Below, piece after piece: positions 11,090 through 23,900 of a stretch of 64,000 nucleotides of DNA. Origin of the DNA: an uncultured Gemmatimonadales bacterium (GTDB lineage Bacteria; Gemmatimonadota; Gemmatimonadetes; Gemmatimonadales; GWC2-71-9). Where the stretch lies: contig CAWGED010000019.1 of NCBI GenBank assembly GCA_963821525.1, positions 896,001 to 960,000 on the forward strand, read 5' to 3'. The notes under the pieces are model-generated. The model saw nothing but the letters and a program-made list of their open reading frames with translations, was not told the origin of the DNA and ran no database searches. Each line of letters starts with the position of its first letter. Within the stretch, counting starts at the first letter, position 1. The position numbers and the translations under genes were made by a program.

Positions 11090-12863
11090 TCGGCCGAAAG
11101 CTCCCCTCTCCCGAGCCGCTATCCCGGCTCTGGCCCAGAGTTCGTCCTCACCTGGGCCCGCTGACCCTCGCAGCGGCGTGTCTGCTGGGCAGTGCCGCCA
11201 TCTCGCTCGCCTTCCCTCTGATCGTCGGCAAGCTCCTCGATGCGGCCTTCGTCACCCGGGGCCGGGAGTTGCTGGACCGCATCGCCATCCTGCTGCTCGG
11301 ACTGTTCGCGATCCAGGCAGTGCTCAACTACGGCCAGGCCTATCTGTTGAGCGCGACGGGAGAACGGGCGGTGGCGGGAGTGCGTCAGGAGCTCTTCGCC
11401 AAGCTGCTTTCGATGCCGCCGGGATTCTTCGCCGACCGACGGACCGGAGAGCTGACGAGCAGGCTCACCACAGACGTGGGTCTTCTGCAGGGAATCCTGA
11501 GCCACCAGATCGCCGAATTCTCGAGGCAGGTTCTGGCTCTGGTCGGTGGCATCGTGATGCTGACGGTGAGCCAGCCCAAGCTTACGCTGACGGCGCTTGC
11601 AGTGGTTCCGATTGCCGTGGGCACCGCGTTTTTCTTTGGCCGCCGGCTACGCTCAATGAGCACCGGTGTTCAGGACAAGATTGCCGAGGCGACGGCCGTC
11701 GCCGAAGAGGCGTTCAGCCAGATCAGGACGGTTCAGAGCTTTGTACAGGAACCCCACGAACGCGGTCGCTTTGGCGACCGGATCCGCGAGGTAGTCCAGG
11801 CCGCGGTTAGCCGCGCTCAGATTCGTGGAGTTTTCTTTGGGGCCATCACCCTTTCCGGTTTCGGCGCGATGGTAGTGGTGCTCTGGCAGGGTGGCCTCCT
11901 CGTCCTGGAAGGGAAGCTGACTGCCGGTTCTCTGTTCTCGTTCCTGCTGTACACCTTCACGATCGCGGGGGCGGTGGGCGCGCTCGCGTCATTCTTCAGC
12001 AGCTACCAGGAGTCAGTAGGCGCGGCAGAGAGAGTTTTCCAGCTGCTCGAGGCGCCGGTTCCCATTTCGGATCCTGAGAGTCCCGAGCCGCTTCCCAAGC
12101 CGGTGCGGGGCAGCCTCGCCTTCGAACAGGTGTCCTTCAGGTATCAGAACTCCCCGACGCACCCTGGGCTCTCTGGAAGATTGATTTGCGACTCGAGCCG
12201 GGCGAGGTCGTGGCGATTGTCGGCCCCTCCGGTGCCGGGAAAACAACACTCGTCTCTCTCCTGCCCCGGTTCTGGGACGTGACCGAGGGGCGGATCCTGA
12301 TCGACGGCACCGACATTCGGCGGCTTACCCTGGCTGATCTCCGGGGGATGATCGGGGTGGTTCCACAGGAGCCGGCGCTCTTCGGAGGAACCGTGCGTGA
12401 GAACATCGCGTATGCGCGCCCAGACGCCCCTGAGAGCGAGATCGAAGCGGCGGCCAAGGCGGCACACGCCGCCGAGTTCATCGAGCGCCTGCCGGCCCGC
12501 TACGACACGATCGTCGGCGAACGAGGGGTCAAGCTCTCCGGCGGCCAGCGGCAACGGATTGCCATCGCCAGGGCGATCCTCAAGGATCCGGCCGTGCTGA
12601 TTCTGGACGAGGCGACCAGCAGCCTGGATACCGAGAGCGAGCGGTTGGTCGAGGACGCCCTGGAGCGTCTCCTGGTGGGACGGACAACGCTGATCATTGC
12701 CCACCGGCTCAGCACTGTCCGCCGGGCCGACCGGCTGGTGGTTCTGGACCACGGCCGGATCGTCGAGGAAGGCACCCACGCGGATCTCCTGGCCGAGGGT
12801 GGCCTGTATGCCCGGCTCTACCAGCAACAGTTCCGGGACGATCCGCCGGTGCCGGTCGGCTGA
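11086..12863 (+). CDS. MsbA-like ABC exporter, TMD+NBD (frameshift ~12146)
   Basis: TMD in 11086..12282; Walker [17 protein letters not shown] and ILDEATS in 12186..12863. Confidence 0.9.
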
Positions 12864-12892
12864 GCGATCAGTTCCCAGCCCGGAAAATCAAA

Positions 12893-12918
12893 CGGCCCCC
12901 ACCTCTCGGTGGGGGCCG
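12893..12918. terminator. Bidirectional terminator hairpin
   Basis: cggcccccacc-tctc-ggtgggggccg with A-rich and T-rich flanks, between convergent genes. Confidence 0.8.
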
Positions 12919-12941
12919 CTGGTTTTGTGCTGCCGACCAGA

Positions 12942-14070
12942 TCACTGCGTAGTGATCTGGAGCTGGAATACCGGCGGATCGACGTCGTCCGGTGCGGCGT
13001 AGAATGCCGCGAACGTAACCATGGCGATGTAGTACGTGCCGGCCCCTAAACTGACCGTACAGGTTTCCGTGACGCCGTCGTTTCCGTGCGCATCACAACC
13101 GAAACTACCCAGAGTCGTTGCCGCCAGCATCGACCATGTAAACTCCCAGGTCGGTTGTGGCGCCCACTCCCGCGGGATCGTCAAACCAGCTGGCAGCGAA
13201 GTCCATAGTCGTTGCGGCAGCCAGATCGATCCTGTAGAAACGGCACGGAACACCTTCGGAGCCCAGGCAATCTCCACTCCCGTTCATAGCCGCAGCGTCG
13301 TACAGGATCTCGCTACTGCCCGACGCGGGAACCGAAATAGCCGGAGCAGTGGCCAGGGCACCAGTCGCGAGACCGCCGCCCGGTTTGGTGATGATGACCG
13401 AGTCGGTCAGGAGAGCACCCGAGGTTCCACCGGCGAAGTCGAAGAGCACCTGCAGCGTCAGAGAGCCGCTGGTACCGCCGGCCGGAACGAACGAGAGGTT
13501 GCTGGCGGTGAAGTCGGTCACCAGCGGAGCGCCGGGGGCGCCCGTGATGGTGGGGGGGATGGTCACATCAAATGAAAGCCCGGCGGGCGGAGCTACCGAG
13601 ATGGTATCGAACAGCCCGACGTTGTCGAGCGGCGGAGCCGGGGTGTACGCCAGACCGAGCGCGGTTGGCGAGCTGAGCACGCTAATATCACGCGACGAGC
13701 CGCCGCCGCTAACCGTGACCGTCCCACTGGTAAGACCGAGCGCCTTGACGAAGAATCTGGCCCTGGTCGATGAGGTCGGTGGGACGAGGTGGTTCTCCGC
13801 GTCATAGACCGGGATGAAGCTGTCATCCTTCTTGAAGGAGAGCTGCGGATCGGCGGTCGTGCCGGTGAACTCGGTGGCGATCACATTGCCTTGCGCATCG
13901 ATGGCCTGGACCGTGATGGCGACGCTATCACCCTGGGCGACCAGGACATTGGTCGGGGATGCGGTCAAATGATCGATCCCGTTCCGCAGGTCGGCTGTCG
14001 GGTCCCCCGAGCAGGCAAGAACCCCGAGCGCGGCTGTAAAAATGACCCAACGAAGTTTGGGGTGCATCAT
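12942..14070 (-). CDS. Lipoprotein, Ig-like/PPC-like beta-rich (frameshift ~13110)
   Basis: Lipobox VLAC. The C-terminus continues in frame 12942..13277 (ETCTVSLGAGTYYIAM). Confidence 0.7.
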
Positions 14071-14104
14071 GACGGTGTACCTCACTCTTGACGTCAGTTA
14101 GAGA

Positions 14105-15539
14105 TCACTGATCCTGGCGGAAGAAATCGATATTTAAATAGCGGCTGACGTCCGTCAGCGCGTCATTACCCAGCACATCTCGCCAGCCCGGCTGGCTCGT
14201 TTCCTTGAGATCGTTGGAGTGCAGCAGCTTGTAGCCACCCACTCCACTCAGGTCGGCGAAGATGTAGTACTCACGCTTCCCTGTCGCATACCGCCAGACC
14301 TGGTAGGGTGGCGCCTTGCCCGCCGCGACCCGGTCCAGCTTCTCTTCGGCCTCGCCCTGGTGCCGCAGGAAGACTCTCCCGCGGTCCGTATTCCAACCCG
14401 CTCCGGTCTTCCGACCGCCCTCACGGTAGTTCTTGTTCGCGAACGCGATCATCTGGTAGAACGCTTCACGCGCCTCATTTCGCGCCGTGCCCGGGGTTGG
14501 ATCCCGCTTCTGTCCAGAACTGGGTCATGAACTCGCGTTTGGCCGCGAGACTCAAGCCGCTCTTGTAGACCGACAATTCGTCACGCTGCCCCTGGTAAAT
14601 CAGCGGCGCGTACGCGCTGTCGAGCTGCGCTTCATTCATCTGGCCGAAGTAACCTGCATCGGTCTCCCGCTCGGCGGCGAGTCGCACGGCCTCGCGATTC
14701 ATCGCCTCCTGGAAGTCCGCCATGATCAAATCGTCCGACCGTTCCTCCGTCTTGCCACCGGCGGTGAGGCTCAGCGTGAGCCGGTACGTCCCGGCCGGCA
14801 AACCCGTCAGGTCCAACTGGCCCTTCAGAATCGATCCACCCGCGGCAACCTGAACCGGCGTGGCCGGAGTCTTGATCAGAGCCTTGCCGCTGGTGTCGCT
14901 GACCGAAACGGACATCGTTCCGGGTTCGTCACTGTCAGCATACGCCTCGAGCAGGTAGAACGCTCGGGCCCTGAGGGGTGTCAGCCGGAGCCGGGTGGCG
15001 GTGGTAACCAGGGTGTTGCCCCATCGCCGTTCCCCCGGCTTGGGCAGGGTATCGCTCCCCGTTACCGGCCGCATCGCCGGCGACAACATCAGATCCGACG
15101 CACCGGGCGACTCGGTGTAACCGATCAGATCCACGCTGGACGCCATCTGCTGGCCGGAGACCGAGTCCTCTACCGTGACATCGAGCCGGAAGCGGCCCGG
15201 AGCCAGGCTGAACTCGACGACCTCCATCGCTGAGGCACCAGCGGCCTTCAAATCCGCCCGGGCGTGGTTGGCCCAGTTGTTCTCGTACAACGCCAAGCCG
15301 GTCTAGTCCGAAACCTTGACCCGGACCTTGTAGCTGAGCTGTCCCCCTGGATCACTCGATGTCGGGGTCATCCCGCTGAGCGGGATTTCGGCGAAGGCAG
15401 TTACCCTCGTCTGATTCCCTTCCGCCCGATAGTAGCGGAAGGCGCGCAGCGACAACTCCGGAGCCGACTGCTTTGCGATCGCCGAGCCCGCGCCTGCGAC
15501 GGCTGCGGCCAGGGCAACCATTAACGACAACCGATTCAT
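14105..15539 (-). CDS. GWxTD domain-containing periplasmic protein (in-frame TAG at 15303-15305; frameshift ~14510)
   Basis: Signal peptide. ORFs 15303..15539 and 14475..15296 share one frame. FW..RDPTPGTARNE spans the shift; GWNTDRGRV motif. Confidence 0.85.
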
Positions 15540-15555
15540 TGCATCCCTTCCAGCG

Positions 15556-15578
15556 CCGGGAGTCGCAAGGACTCCCGG
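15556..15578. other. Intergenic stem-loop
   Basis: ccgggagtc-gcaag-gactcccgg. Confidence 0.7.
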
Positions 15579-15596
15579 TCACCGGTCAAATCAGAT

Positions 15597-16718
15597 TTAC
15601 CACCCCAGGCCGAAGCTGATGAAGTGCGTCGGTCCGAGGACGCCGAGGTAGCGATAGGCGTAATCGACACCGAGGTTGAAATTGCCCATCGCATAGAAGA
15701 GTCCACCGCCCGCAGCCAGACCCTCGAGATTCTCTTCGTCATTCAAAGCCGTCGTAATGGTCGAGGGGTCCAGGTTGTTGGACGGGAAGTAGGTATAGCT
15801 GCCTCGCAGGGCGACGCCGAAGGCGGACCCACCAAGGTTCTTGGACATCCACTCCGCGCCGCCGGAGAAGCCGGCCTTGGTGTTGTTGGGCTGGTTGAAG
15901 TCGGCCAGGAAGGTCAGCCGGTTCGCCGTGCCGGTCACGATATCATAGGCCAGACCGACCCTGAACGTCGTGGGGAGCGGGAAGCCCTTGGTCCTCAACT
16001 CAGCGGGCTGGGGCGCCGACGGTACGGGATCCTCACCGGGCAGCGGCTCACGGGGCGTCTCGCTGTTCAGCGCATTGCCTGAATAGGAGAGGTCCGTGCC
16101 CAGGTTGGCCAGCACAAACGAGAACTTGATCGGGTGGTTGTTGAGCGAGGCGTGGAAGTTGGTGCCGAAGTCCACGGCGAAGGCGTTCCCGCTGGCATCA
16201 CCCAGGTTGTCCGACACGTACTTCGCGGTAACACCCGCCGAGAAGCGGTCCGAGAAGTTCTGGGCGAAGGTCAAGCCAATGAAGGTTTCGTTAACCGAGT
16301 ACACCGACCCGGTACCATCCGGTTGCTCGGTGGTGTAGACCGGCTGGTCCTTGAAGCCGAAGGTGCCGATCTGTAAGCCCACGGCACGGGCGCCGCCGCT
16401 GAAGGGGAGGGCAAAGCCGCCCCAGCTGTAGCGGGTATCCGCGACGTAGTCGTAGGTGCCGACCAGGATACCGGGCCGCGTCATCAGCGCGGTACCAGCC
16501 GGGTTGTAGTACAGTGCGCTGACATCGTTGGCGATGCTGGCGTACGCGCTGCCGAGCGCCGCGCCCCTTGCCCCGGCGCCGAGCAGCAGGAACTCGGCGG
16601 AGGTGGTGCCGTACGGCGTGTTGTCCTGTGTAGTCCCGGCCTGGGCCGCGAGGCCAACCGGCAGACCACCCAGCAGGGCCGCCAGCAGCACCAGGCGCTT
16701 GGGAAGATTCTCGATCAT
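15597..16718 (-). CDS. PorV/PorQ-family (FadL-like) outer-membrane beta-barrel
   Basis: GTTSAEFLLLGAGARGAALGSAYASIANDVSALYYNPAG; amphipathic strands; C-terminal aromatic residue (ISFGLGW). Confidence 0.85.
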   Translation of the reverse strand: MIENLPKRLVLLAALLGGLPVGLAAQAGTTQDNTPYGTTSAEFLLLGAGARGAALGSAYASIANDVSALYYNPAGTALMTRPGILVGTYDYVADTRYSWGGFALPFSGGARAVGLQIGTFGFKDQPVYTTEQPDGTGSVYSVNETFIGLTFAQNFSDRFSAGVTAKYVSDNLGDASGNAFAVDFGTNFHASLNNHPIKFSFVLANLGTDLSYSGNALNSETPREPLPGEDPVPSAPQPAELRTKGFPLPTTFRVGLAYDIVTGTANRLTFLADFNQPNNTKAGFSGGAEWMSKNLGGSAFGVALRGSYTYFPSNNLDPSTITTALNDEENLEGLAAGGGLFYAMGNFNLGVDYAYRYLGVLGPTHFISFGLGW

Positions 16719-16743
16719 AGCTTAAGATCTCCTGGGGTGCTTG

Positions 16744-16771
16744 GGGGCCAGGCGGCGAACCGCCTGGCCCC
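16744..16771. other. Intergenic stem-loop (UUCG loop on minus strand)
   Basis: ggggccaggcgg-cgaa-ccgcctggcccc, a perfect 12-bp stem. Confidence 0.75.
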
Positions 16772-16780
16772 ACGGTATCA

Positions 16781-19700
16781 CTACTGGGCGAAGTTGACGA
16801 CCGTAAACCGGCCGACCCGACGGGCGTCGCCGGACTCGATGTGGTAGAAGTACACCCCGCTCGCAACCACCTGGTTGTTGCGGTTCCGGACATTCCAACT
16901 GCACTCGCCGCCGCTCGGGTTGTCAGCAGCACCAGCGAACAGGTTATCGAAGTTCTGGCAGGTAGTTCCCCGGGTTCTCCAGGACGTTCACCAGGACTCC
17001 GCTCGACGAGTAAATCCGGATAATGGCCTTGGCTGGCAGGTTCACGAACTTGATGAACTTGGTGTCCGTGGTCTGCTCGAATTCGCTCGTCACGTAATAC
17101 GGATCGGGAACGGTGTGGACCTTCTTCAGGTCGGTAACCGTGGCATGAGCGACCGTGTTGTTGGACTGGAAGGACACCCGCAAATCGGTCCCCACCGCGG
17201 TGAGTGGACGCACCCCATCGGGCATGCTGAAGGCGTAGGGGCCTTCAGAGCCGCCCGCCCCGTTACCGCCAGTGATCGCGCCGACGTACTGCCGGAGGGA
17301 CCAGACCGTGCCGCTGGCGGGTACCGCGCCACCAGTCAGCTCCATCGCGAAGATGTCTCCCGCGACATACAGCACGAAGCCGTTGTTGGCCGCGGTGACT
17401 ACCGGTACGGCCCGGCGGGAATGCGCCGCCGCTCCAGAAGCCCACCGGTCCCGGGGCTGCCGTATTGCTCAGCGTAAAGGCCGGGGTGCCGGCAGGGCAG
17501 ACGAAGCCGCCTGCCGCGATAGTCCGGAAGGGCTCGACGCACGCGAAGTCCATCGGCGTCACGGTGCCGGATCCATCCGGATTGGGCCCGACGCCGGTGG
17601 CATTCGCGTTCAGAATGCCCCAGGTGCCGCCCAACGTGAGTATTCCAGTTCCCCGGATCAGCGGGACCGGGAACCGGCACGTTGTGGGTCGCGTCGATCA
17701 CAGAGTCAATGACCCCGCCAGTGCCCCAGTACACGTTGAAGTCTGCCGCCCGGTGGGCACCCGCCATGATACCGGTCGACTCACGGCAACCGGCGCCGCC
17801 CGACGACTGGTAGCACTTGTTCTGGAAGATCGTGGTCACACCGGTAAGGGCACCCGCGTTGCTATAGCAGGTCATCGGCGTGCCACTGAAGTTCGCGACG
17901 TCACAGGCCTGCGGATCGGCCTGGGTCTCGTTGGTCGTCGGCGAGGGGCCGTCGAACCAGCGGGAACCGTTGTAGCTGCAACCGGCGCCCGTATCGAACC
18001 CGGGAACTCCGTTGACACAGCCGCGGCCGTACAGGATCAGGTACTGACGCCGGTGCTCGAGATATCGACCTGGCCCGGCAGCTTGAAGTTGCTGTTGCCG
18101 CCGAACTTGCTTGGCCAGGCTATTGTCGATCGGCAACGCGCTGAATGCGGCAGAGGCGGTCTCCACCCCATTCTGCTGCTGCTGGTCTACTGCGATCGAG
18201 AAGACCGTGTTGGACCCGCCGGCAGCCGCCGTAAACCAGTAGGTGTGCTTCGCGGGGGCGGTATACGGCGAGCCCAGCTGGATGCTGTCCATATGGGCCA
18301 CATACGAACCCGCGCCGGCCATTACCTGTGAAACCAGCGCTCCAAGCCCCGCGAACCAGTGATTGGCCGCCGGGAAGCGCCCGCTGAAGCGACCGGTGGT
18401 CGCATCAAGCGTCGGATTCGCAACCGACGTATCCAGCACGACGCCACGGCCCTCCAGAGTCGCCGCGGTGATCTGCGCCGAGCTGCTGGCGTTCGAGGCC
18501 GACTTGACCGGCGTGACCGCCTTCGTCGACCGGGCCGACTCGAGGCTCGAGTTACCCGACTGGAAGGAGTTCACGTCGAACGCCGTGACCGAGTAGAAGT
18601 AGCGGAAGTTGTTCCGCGGCGTGTTGTCCACATAGACAAACGGCACGCCGGTGTCATCCAGCGAGGGGCACCGGCTCTTGGGCCCGCAGGGACCGTTGAG
18701 CGCGGCGCCCGTCACGGCGGTATCACCCGTAGACGATCAGCGCCGTGCCGTTACTCAGGAGGAAACGGCCCACGCCCGGACGGACCTGCACCACGTTACC
18801 CGCCAGCGGAATTGCGTTGGGAGTGACCGTGGCAACGAGGTCGGTGCCGTCCTTGAGGTTTGCCACCAGTCCGGGGCACGAAGTCGTGAGCGCGAACTCC
18901 GGCGCGCAGTCAATGTCGGTATTGATCGTGCCGGTGTAGTCGTTGATCGTAGTGCCGCTGTAGTCGAATTGAGCCAGCAGGGTCAGCTCGTTCGGAGAGT
19001 CCACCCGGCCCCGGTAGACCCGGTACCCTTCGACGTCGTTCTGGACATAGCTCGGATCGTAGAAGGGGTTCGGCAAGCCCTGACGCAGCGGCGTGCTCGC
19101 GACCTGGAAGAACGGGTCGCCGGCACCAGTCTCGGTTGACGACGGCTGCCACATCACCGTCACCGAGTTGTCGCCCGGAATCAGGAAGAACTCGGGAGAA
19201 GCCGGTGCCGCCGGCAGCAGGAACTTCCCGTCAAACAGCGTCTGCGCGAAGATCGACTTCTGCAGCAGCGAGCCGTTCACGACGGTGAACTCCGACTGCT
19301 CGACGACCCCGTCGCCGTTCACGTCGGTCCAGTCCCGGAACCCGGAAATGGTGTCCACCGTGCTGGCACCGGTTCCATTTGCCATCCTCGTCGGATTGCT
19401 CAGGAAAGTCGGATTGCCCGGCACGATGCAATTGCTGCTGCCGGCACAGTTCGGCTGGGGACCCACCGGCGCGGCGAAGACATACGCCACCACGATGGAG
19501 CCATAGCCGCCGGGGCTCAACGTAAGCGGACTGGACGACTGGAAGAACCGCATGTCGTCGGGGCCGCTGGTATTCACGAAGCAGATGTGATCCGTGCTCG
19601 GGCTGTAGGTGCACGACGCGTCGCCCGCCGCGTTGCTGATGTTCCCCGACAAGTACCGGTAGAGCTGAATCGTGTTCTGAGCGTCGTCGAAGGCGCCCTG

Positions 19701-20834
19701 GTTGATCGTGTTGCTGAACAGATTGATGACACCGGCGCCGGTCGGGCTGGCCAGGTACTTCACGCCGACGAAGCCCGCGCCAGCGAAGAACGGCGCCTTG
19801 AAGATCGAAGGATCAAACTGCCATCCCTGGGCACCCAGAAAGTCGTGGGCATACACGTAACCCAGCGCGAAGGGCAGGTTCACCGAGGAGTAGTTGGTTC
19901 CGGCCTCCGCGACGTCCATGTCGGCCGAGAAGGCGGCGAACAGGTTGTTGATGGTATAACCGCCGGCCGGCACCGCCACCCCGAAGCGCTGCTGTACCAG
20001 GTCATGGAACTTCTGGGCCCGCTCCATCAGGACCGGCTGAATCGAAGGCCGGACCGCGGCGTAGTCGGCAGCGTTGGTGGAGGTGATGTTATAGAAGGTA
20101 TAGACGAAGTACAGGATGTCCTCGTTGCCGACCGGGAAGTTCCAGCTCATGCCCCGAGTTTCGACCATGATGCCGAGCGGGTGCTTGCGGCCCGCGTTCA
20201 GCGCCGGGTTGCCTTCCCAGGACAGGAACCACACATCCTGCTGCGAGGCAAACTTGCGGCAGTTGGGGTTGGCCACGTTGCCCGGATCGGTCTGTAGCGC
20301 CTCGTCGAAGAAGTTGGCCGTATTGTCCCCGTTCGGCACGCAGGCGGCGTCCGGCCACTCGGCCAGGTCGTCGGCGCGCGACGAGTTGTACAGGCCCTGG
20401 ATGAGTCGGTGGAGCCCGGCGATGCCGGAAACGTTGACCGGCTCGCCGTGCTCGGTGGTGCCCTTCGGGTCGAAGAAGAAGGCGCCGACCGTGTCGCCCG
20501 CCCAGGCGCCGCCGTCCGTGCCGATGATACCGGCCAGCTGCAGGCCTGAGTTGAACACATACTGGTCGGGCGTACCCTTGGGCCAGAACCCGCCACCGAT
20601 GGTGGACGAGTTGGTGGAGTCCACGCAGACCCGGCCGTCGGTGGCCAGGCCGCAGTAGACCCGGTTACCGGTCAGTGCGCCGAGCACGCTGCCGGAACGG
20701 GCGAAGAGGCGGAACCCGCGCGGCTTGGCGCCCGGCTTCGGCAGCGCGTCCGCCACGCTGGGAAGCAGAACCGCGATAGCCAGCGCGATCAGGGCTGCTG
20801 TAAGCGCCCCTCTCGTACGGAATCGTGAGTGCAT
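16781..20834 (-). CDS. ~1350-aa secreted protein with FN3-like segment and T9SS type A-like C-terminal sorting domain (several indels)
   Basis: Joined from ORFs 18723..20834, 17399..18715, 17263..17634, 16944..17375 and a final frame ending WNVRNRNNQVVASGVYFYHIESGDARRVGRFTVVNFAQ*. Signal peptide; PGDNSVTVMW..EGYRVYR..YFYSVTAFD; VPDPYY..IKFVNLP..IRIYSSSGVLV. Confidence 0.78.
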
Positions 20835-20867
20835 TGCATCCTCTCCAGAGAGAAAAAAACGTGGTGC

Positions 20868-20894
20868 CCGGTCCGGGGCGACGCCCCGGACCGG
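20868..20894. other. Intergenic stem-loop after TBDR
   Basis: ccggtccggggcg-a-cgccccggaccgg, with a T-run shortly downstream on the minus strand. Confidence 0.75.
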
Positions 20895-20909
20895 TCAACC
20901 GGTTACGCT

Positions 20910-23900
20910 TTAGAAGCTCAATTCCACGCCAAGGCGAACCCGGCGCTCGGGACCCGTGAAGTTCTGCTCGCCGCGGATGTGGTTGTACAGCGCATCCACC
21001 GCGCGGGTCTGCTCGGACACCGTGAAGATCCCATCGCCATCGCCGTACCGCTGCTCGGTCCGCTGCAGGTAGATGCAGTTGGGCGGAGCTGCCACCAGGT
21101 CGGAACTGATCCAGGTGGCGCAGGAATTCGCGCTCAGGTCGATGTCACCGTTGCTGAGTAGTGCATTGGGATTCGCCGCGGCTTCGTTCTGATAGTCCTG
21201 CAGCTCGCCGCGGATGATTTCATCGTGTTCCACGGAGCTGGTGATGTCATTGGTCGTGGTGAAGACCTGCAGGATGTTCCTGAAGTTGAACAGGTTCCGG
21301 ACGTCCATATACGCGGTCAGATCGACCCCGCCCAACTGGAAGCCCTTGGTGAGCTTCATATCGAAGAACTTGAGCATCGGCAGCCGGGCGCCGTTGTAAT
21401 CGCCCTCGATACGCTTGGCGCACACGGTGCCGGACAGCACGTTTTCGTCACCCGAATCGCCCGGGCAGCGGGTGTACGGCGTACCGCTGGCGAAGCGGAA
21501 GGTGGCGAACACACCCACGTTCTGGAAAATCGCCCCGCCAGTCGAACCCTGATGCCAGTTGTCGGGGAAGTTCAGGGCCAGCTGGCCGGCCAGGTTGTGC
21601 GGCCGGTTCTGGTCGGTGGTCAGGATCGCCTGAGGCGGAGGATTGTTGCCGCCGCCCAGGGCGTTCAGCACCCGTGAACCGAAGTTGATGTAGGTCGACG
21701 GATCCGAACCGGTGTTCTTGGCATCCTCAAAGGTGTACGCCAGGGTGCCGTTGAACAGCTCGCCGAAGCGGCGGTCGAACCGGATGTCGATACCCCGGGC
21801 GTTGCCGAAGTCGGCGTTGGTGACCACCCGGATGTCCACCGGCGCCTGCTTGAACGGATCGTAGAACGACACCAGGCGGCCCGCGGCATCCGACAACTTG
21901 TCCTTGTTGTACGCCGAGATGTCCAGCACCATGTCGTCGCTGAACGAATGCCGGATCCCGAACTCGAAGGTGATGGTCTTGCCGAAGTCGAGATCGCTGC
22001 CGTAGAAGTGGTTGGTGTTGGTGACGCTCAGGTCGGTGTTGATGCCGCCCAGGATCAGGCCGAAGTCCGGCGCCTGCACCTGGTGGGCGTAGGAGAGCCG
22101 GAAGTTGGTCCGCTCGGTCACCGGGAAGGACACCTGCACGTGCGGGCTCACATAGTCGTGGCTCTGATCCTCGACCATGATCGCGTCCGGATTGGACGAA
22201 TTGAAGCCCGGCATCGTGGAGATCCGGGGGAACCAGCTCTTGTTGCCAAGGCTGTCGGTGAAGTACGGCCGCGAGGCGCCGGTCTTGTACCAGTCGTAGC
22301 GCAGGCCGCCCACCAGCACCAGGTCGCCCAGGTCCAGCCGGTCTTCCACGAAGGCGTTCCAGCGGGTGGGCTGTTCCTTATATGCGTCGGAGAAGGCCTG
22401 GCTGGTCAGCTGGCTCGAGTAGTTGGTGATGTAGTACTTGGTGTACTCGCCACCCAGCTTGACCCGGTTATAGCGATCCACCTGCCAGTCGAGGTTCGCC
22501 TTGCCGATCGCCCGGTCTTCCTTGTACATGGAGAGACGCCGAGTCGGGCCGCCGCCGTCGAGGAAGGAAAGCGCCAGGTCGTTGGCAATCGGACCACGGC
22601 TGGAGGTCGAGTAGGGGTTGTTCCGGTACAGCTCTTTCAGTTCGTACTGCGCAGTGTTGTCCAGGTCATACGGCGACCGCCGGCCCGACGTTGCGCTGGA
22701 AGTTCCGCACCAGCCCCTGGTCGAGCGGGAAGTTGTCGAAGTTGAACTGGAAGTCCATCGGCTTGACGATGAACCCGCCCCACGGATTCCGGGTGTCGTT
22801 CTCGCTGCTCGTCGTGAGCGGACCCTCGATCGCCCGGTCCCACTGGTACGACGCGTACACGTCAAGCGCCAGAGCCCGCTCCGCCGACTTGGAGAGGTTC
22901 TGGGTGATGTTCAGGGTAGCCACGTTGTTGCCGGTGTACAGCGCGTCGAAGTCCACCGCGGCGCCGAACATCCGGCTGTAGCTGAAATTCCGCGAGTTGA
23001 GCTGGTTACGCAGGAAGCTCAACGCGGCCCGGGAGCCGGTGCCGTAGGTGTACGACAGCTTCGCGCTCGCCTGATAGGTCGAGGTCGGCGACACCGGAGC
23101 CTGACCACCGCGGCAGTCCAGCCCGTAGTTATTGCGGATGTCCGCGACGTGCGGGTTGGTCGGGTCCGCCGAACCGGCGTCCTTGAATGCGTCACACTCG
23201 CCGCGGTACACCGCGAACTTGTAGATGTCCACACTGTCGACGCCGCCCGATACCGGTACCGCCACCGTGGTATCGATGCCGGCGCTGACCAGAATCGGGG
23301 CCTTCTCGGCGTTGAATCCCTGCGCCGTGCCGGGGGCCGCGAAATCTGCCGATCCGCCCGTCGTCTGGCCCAGCAGGTCGCCACTCACGTAGAAGCTGAG
23401 GTTGCCGGTGATGGGGCCGCCGAAGCCGAGCCGCACCCGGTTCATCCCTTGGCTGTTGTTGTCCCCGGTGAGCGCGTCGGATTCATAACCGAAGGTCCCG
23501 CTCCAGGCAGTCCCGCCGCCCCGAGTCTGGACCGCGATCACGCCCGACTGCGCGTTGCCGAACTCCGCCGACGAGGCGCCGGTGGTCACCGAGGCGTCTT
23601 CGAATCCGCCCGGGCTGACCGCGATGGTGCCCGCATCCATGCCGACGAAACCGCTACCACGATTGCCCGGCGTTACTGGCACGCCGTCAATGTAGGTCAC
23701 TGCCTCGTCGGTCCGGCCGCCGCGGATCGTGATGGTCCTGGCGCCGTTGCTGGCTACTACGCCCGGCTGCAAGGCCAGCACATCCTGGATCCTGTCGACC
23801 GGAAGCTTCTCCACGTAGTCGCCCTGGAGGGTCTGCTTCGTGGTCACCTGGTCGCGGGGCACCAGCGCGTTCTGGGCTCCGACGACGGTGATTTCCGTGA

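Noticed and set aside
12140..12190. Programmed ribosomal frameshifting in split genes
   Set aside because: No slippery heptamers or stimulatory structures seen at the breaks; they are scattered over unrelated genes.
15303..15305. Pyrrolysine or amber recoding
   Set aside because: TAG is a normal stop for many genes here (lptG, acs, kup), and no pyl genes are seen.
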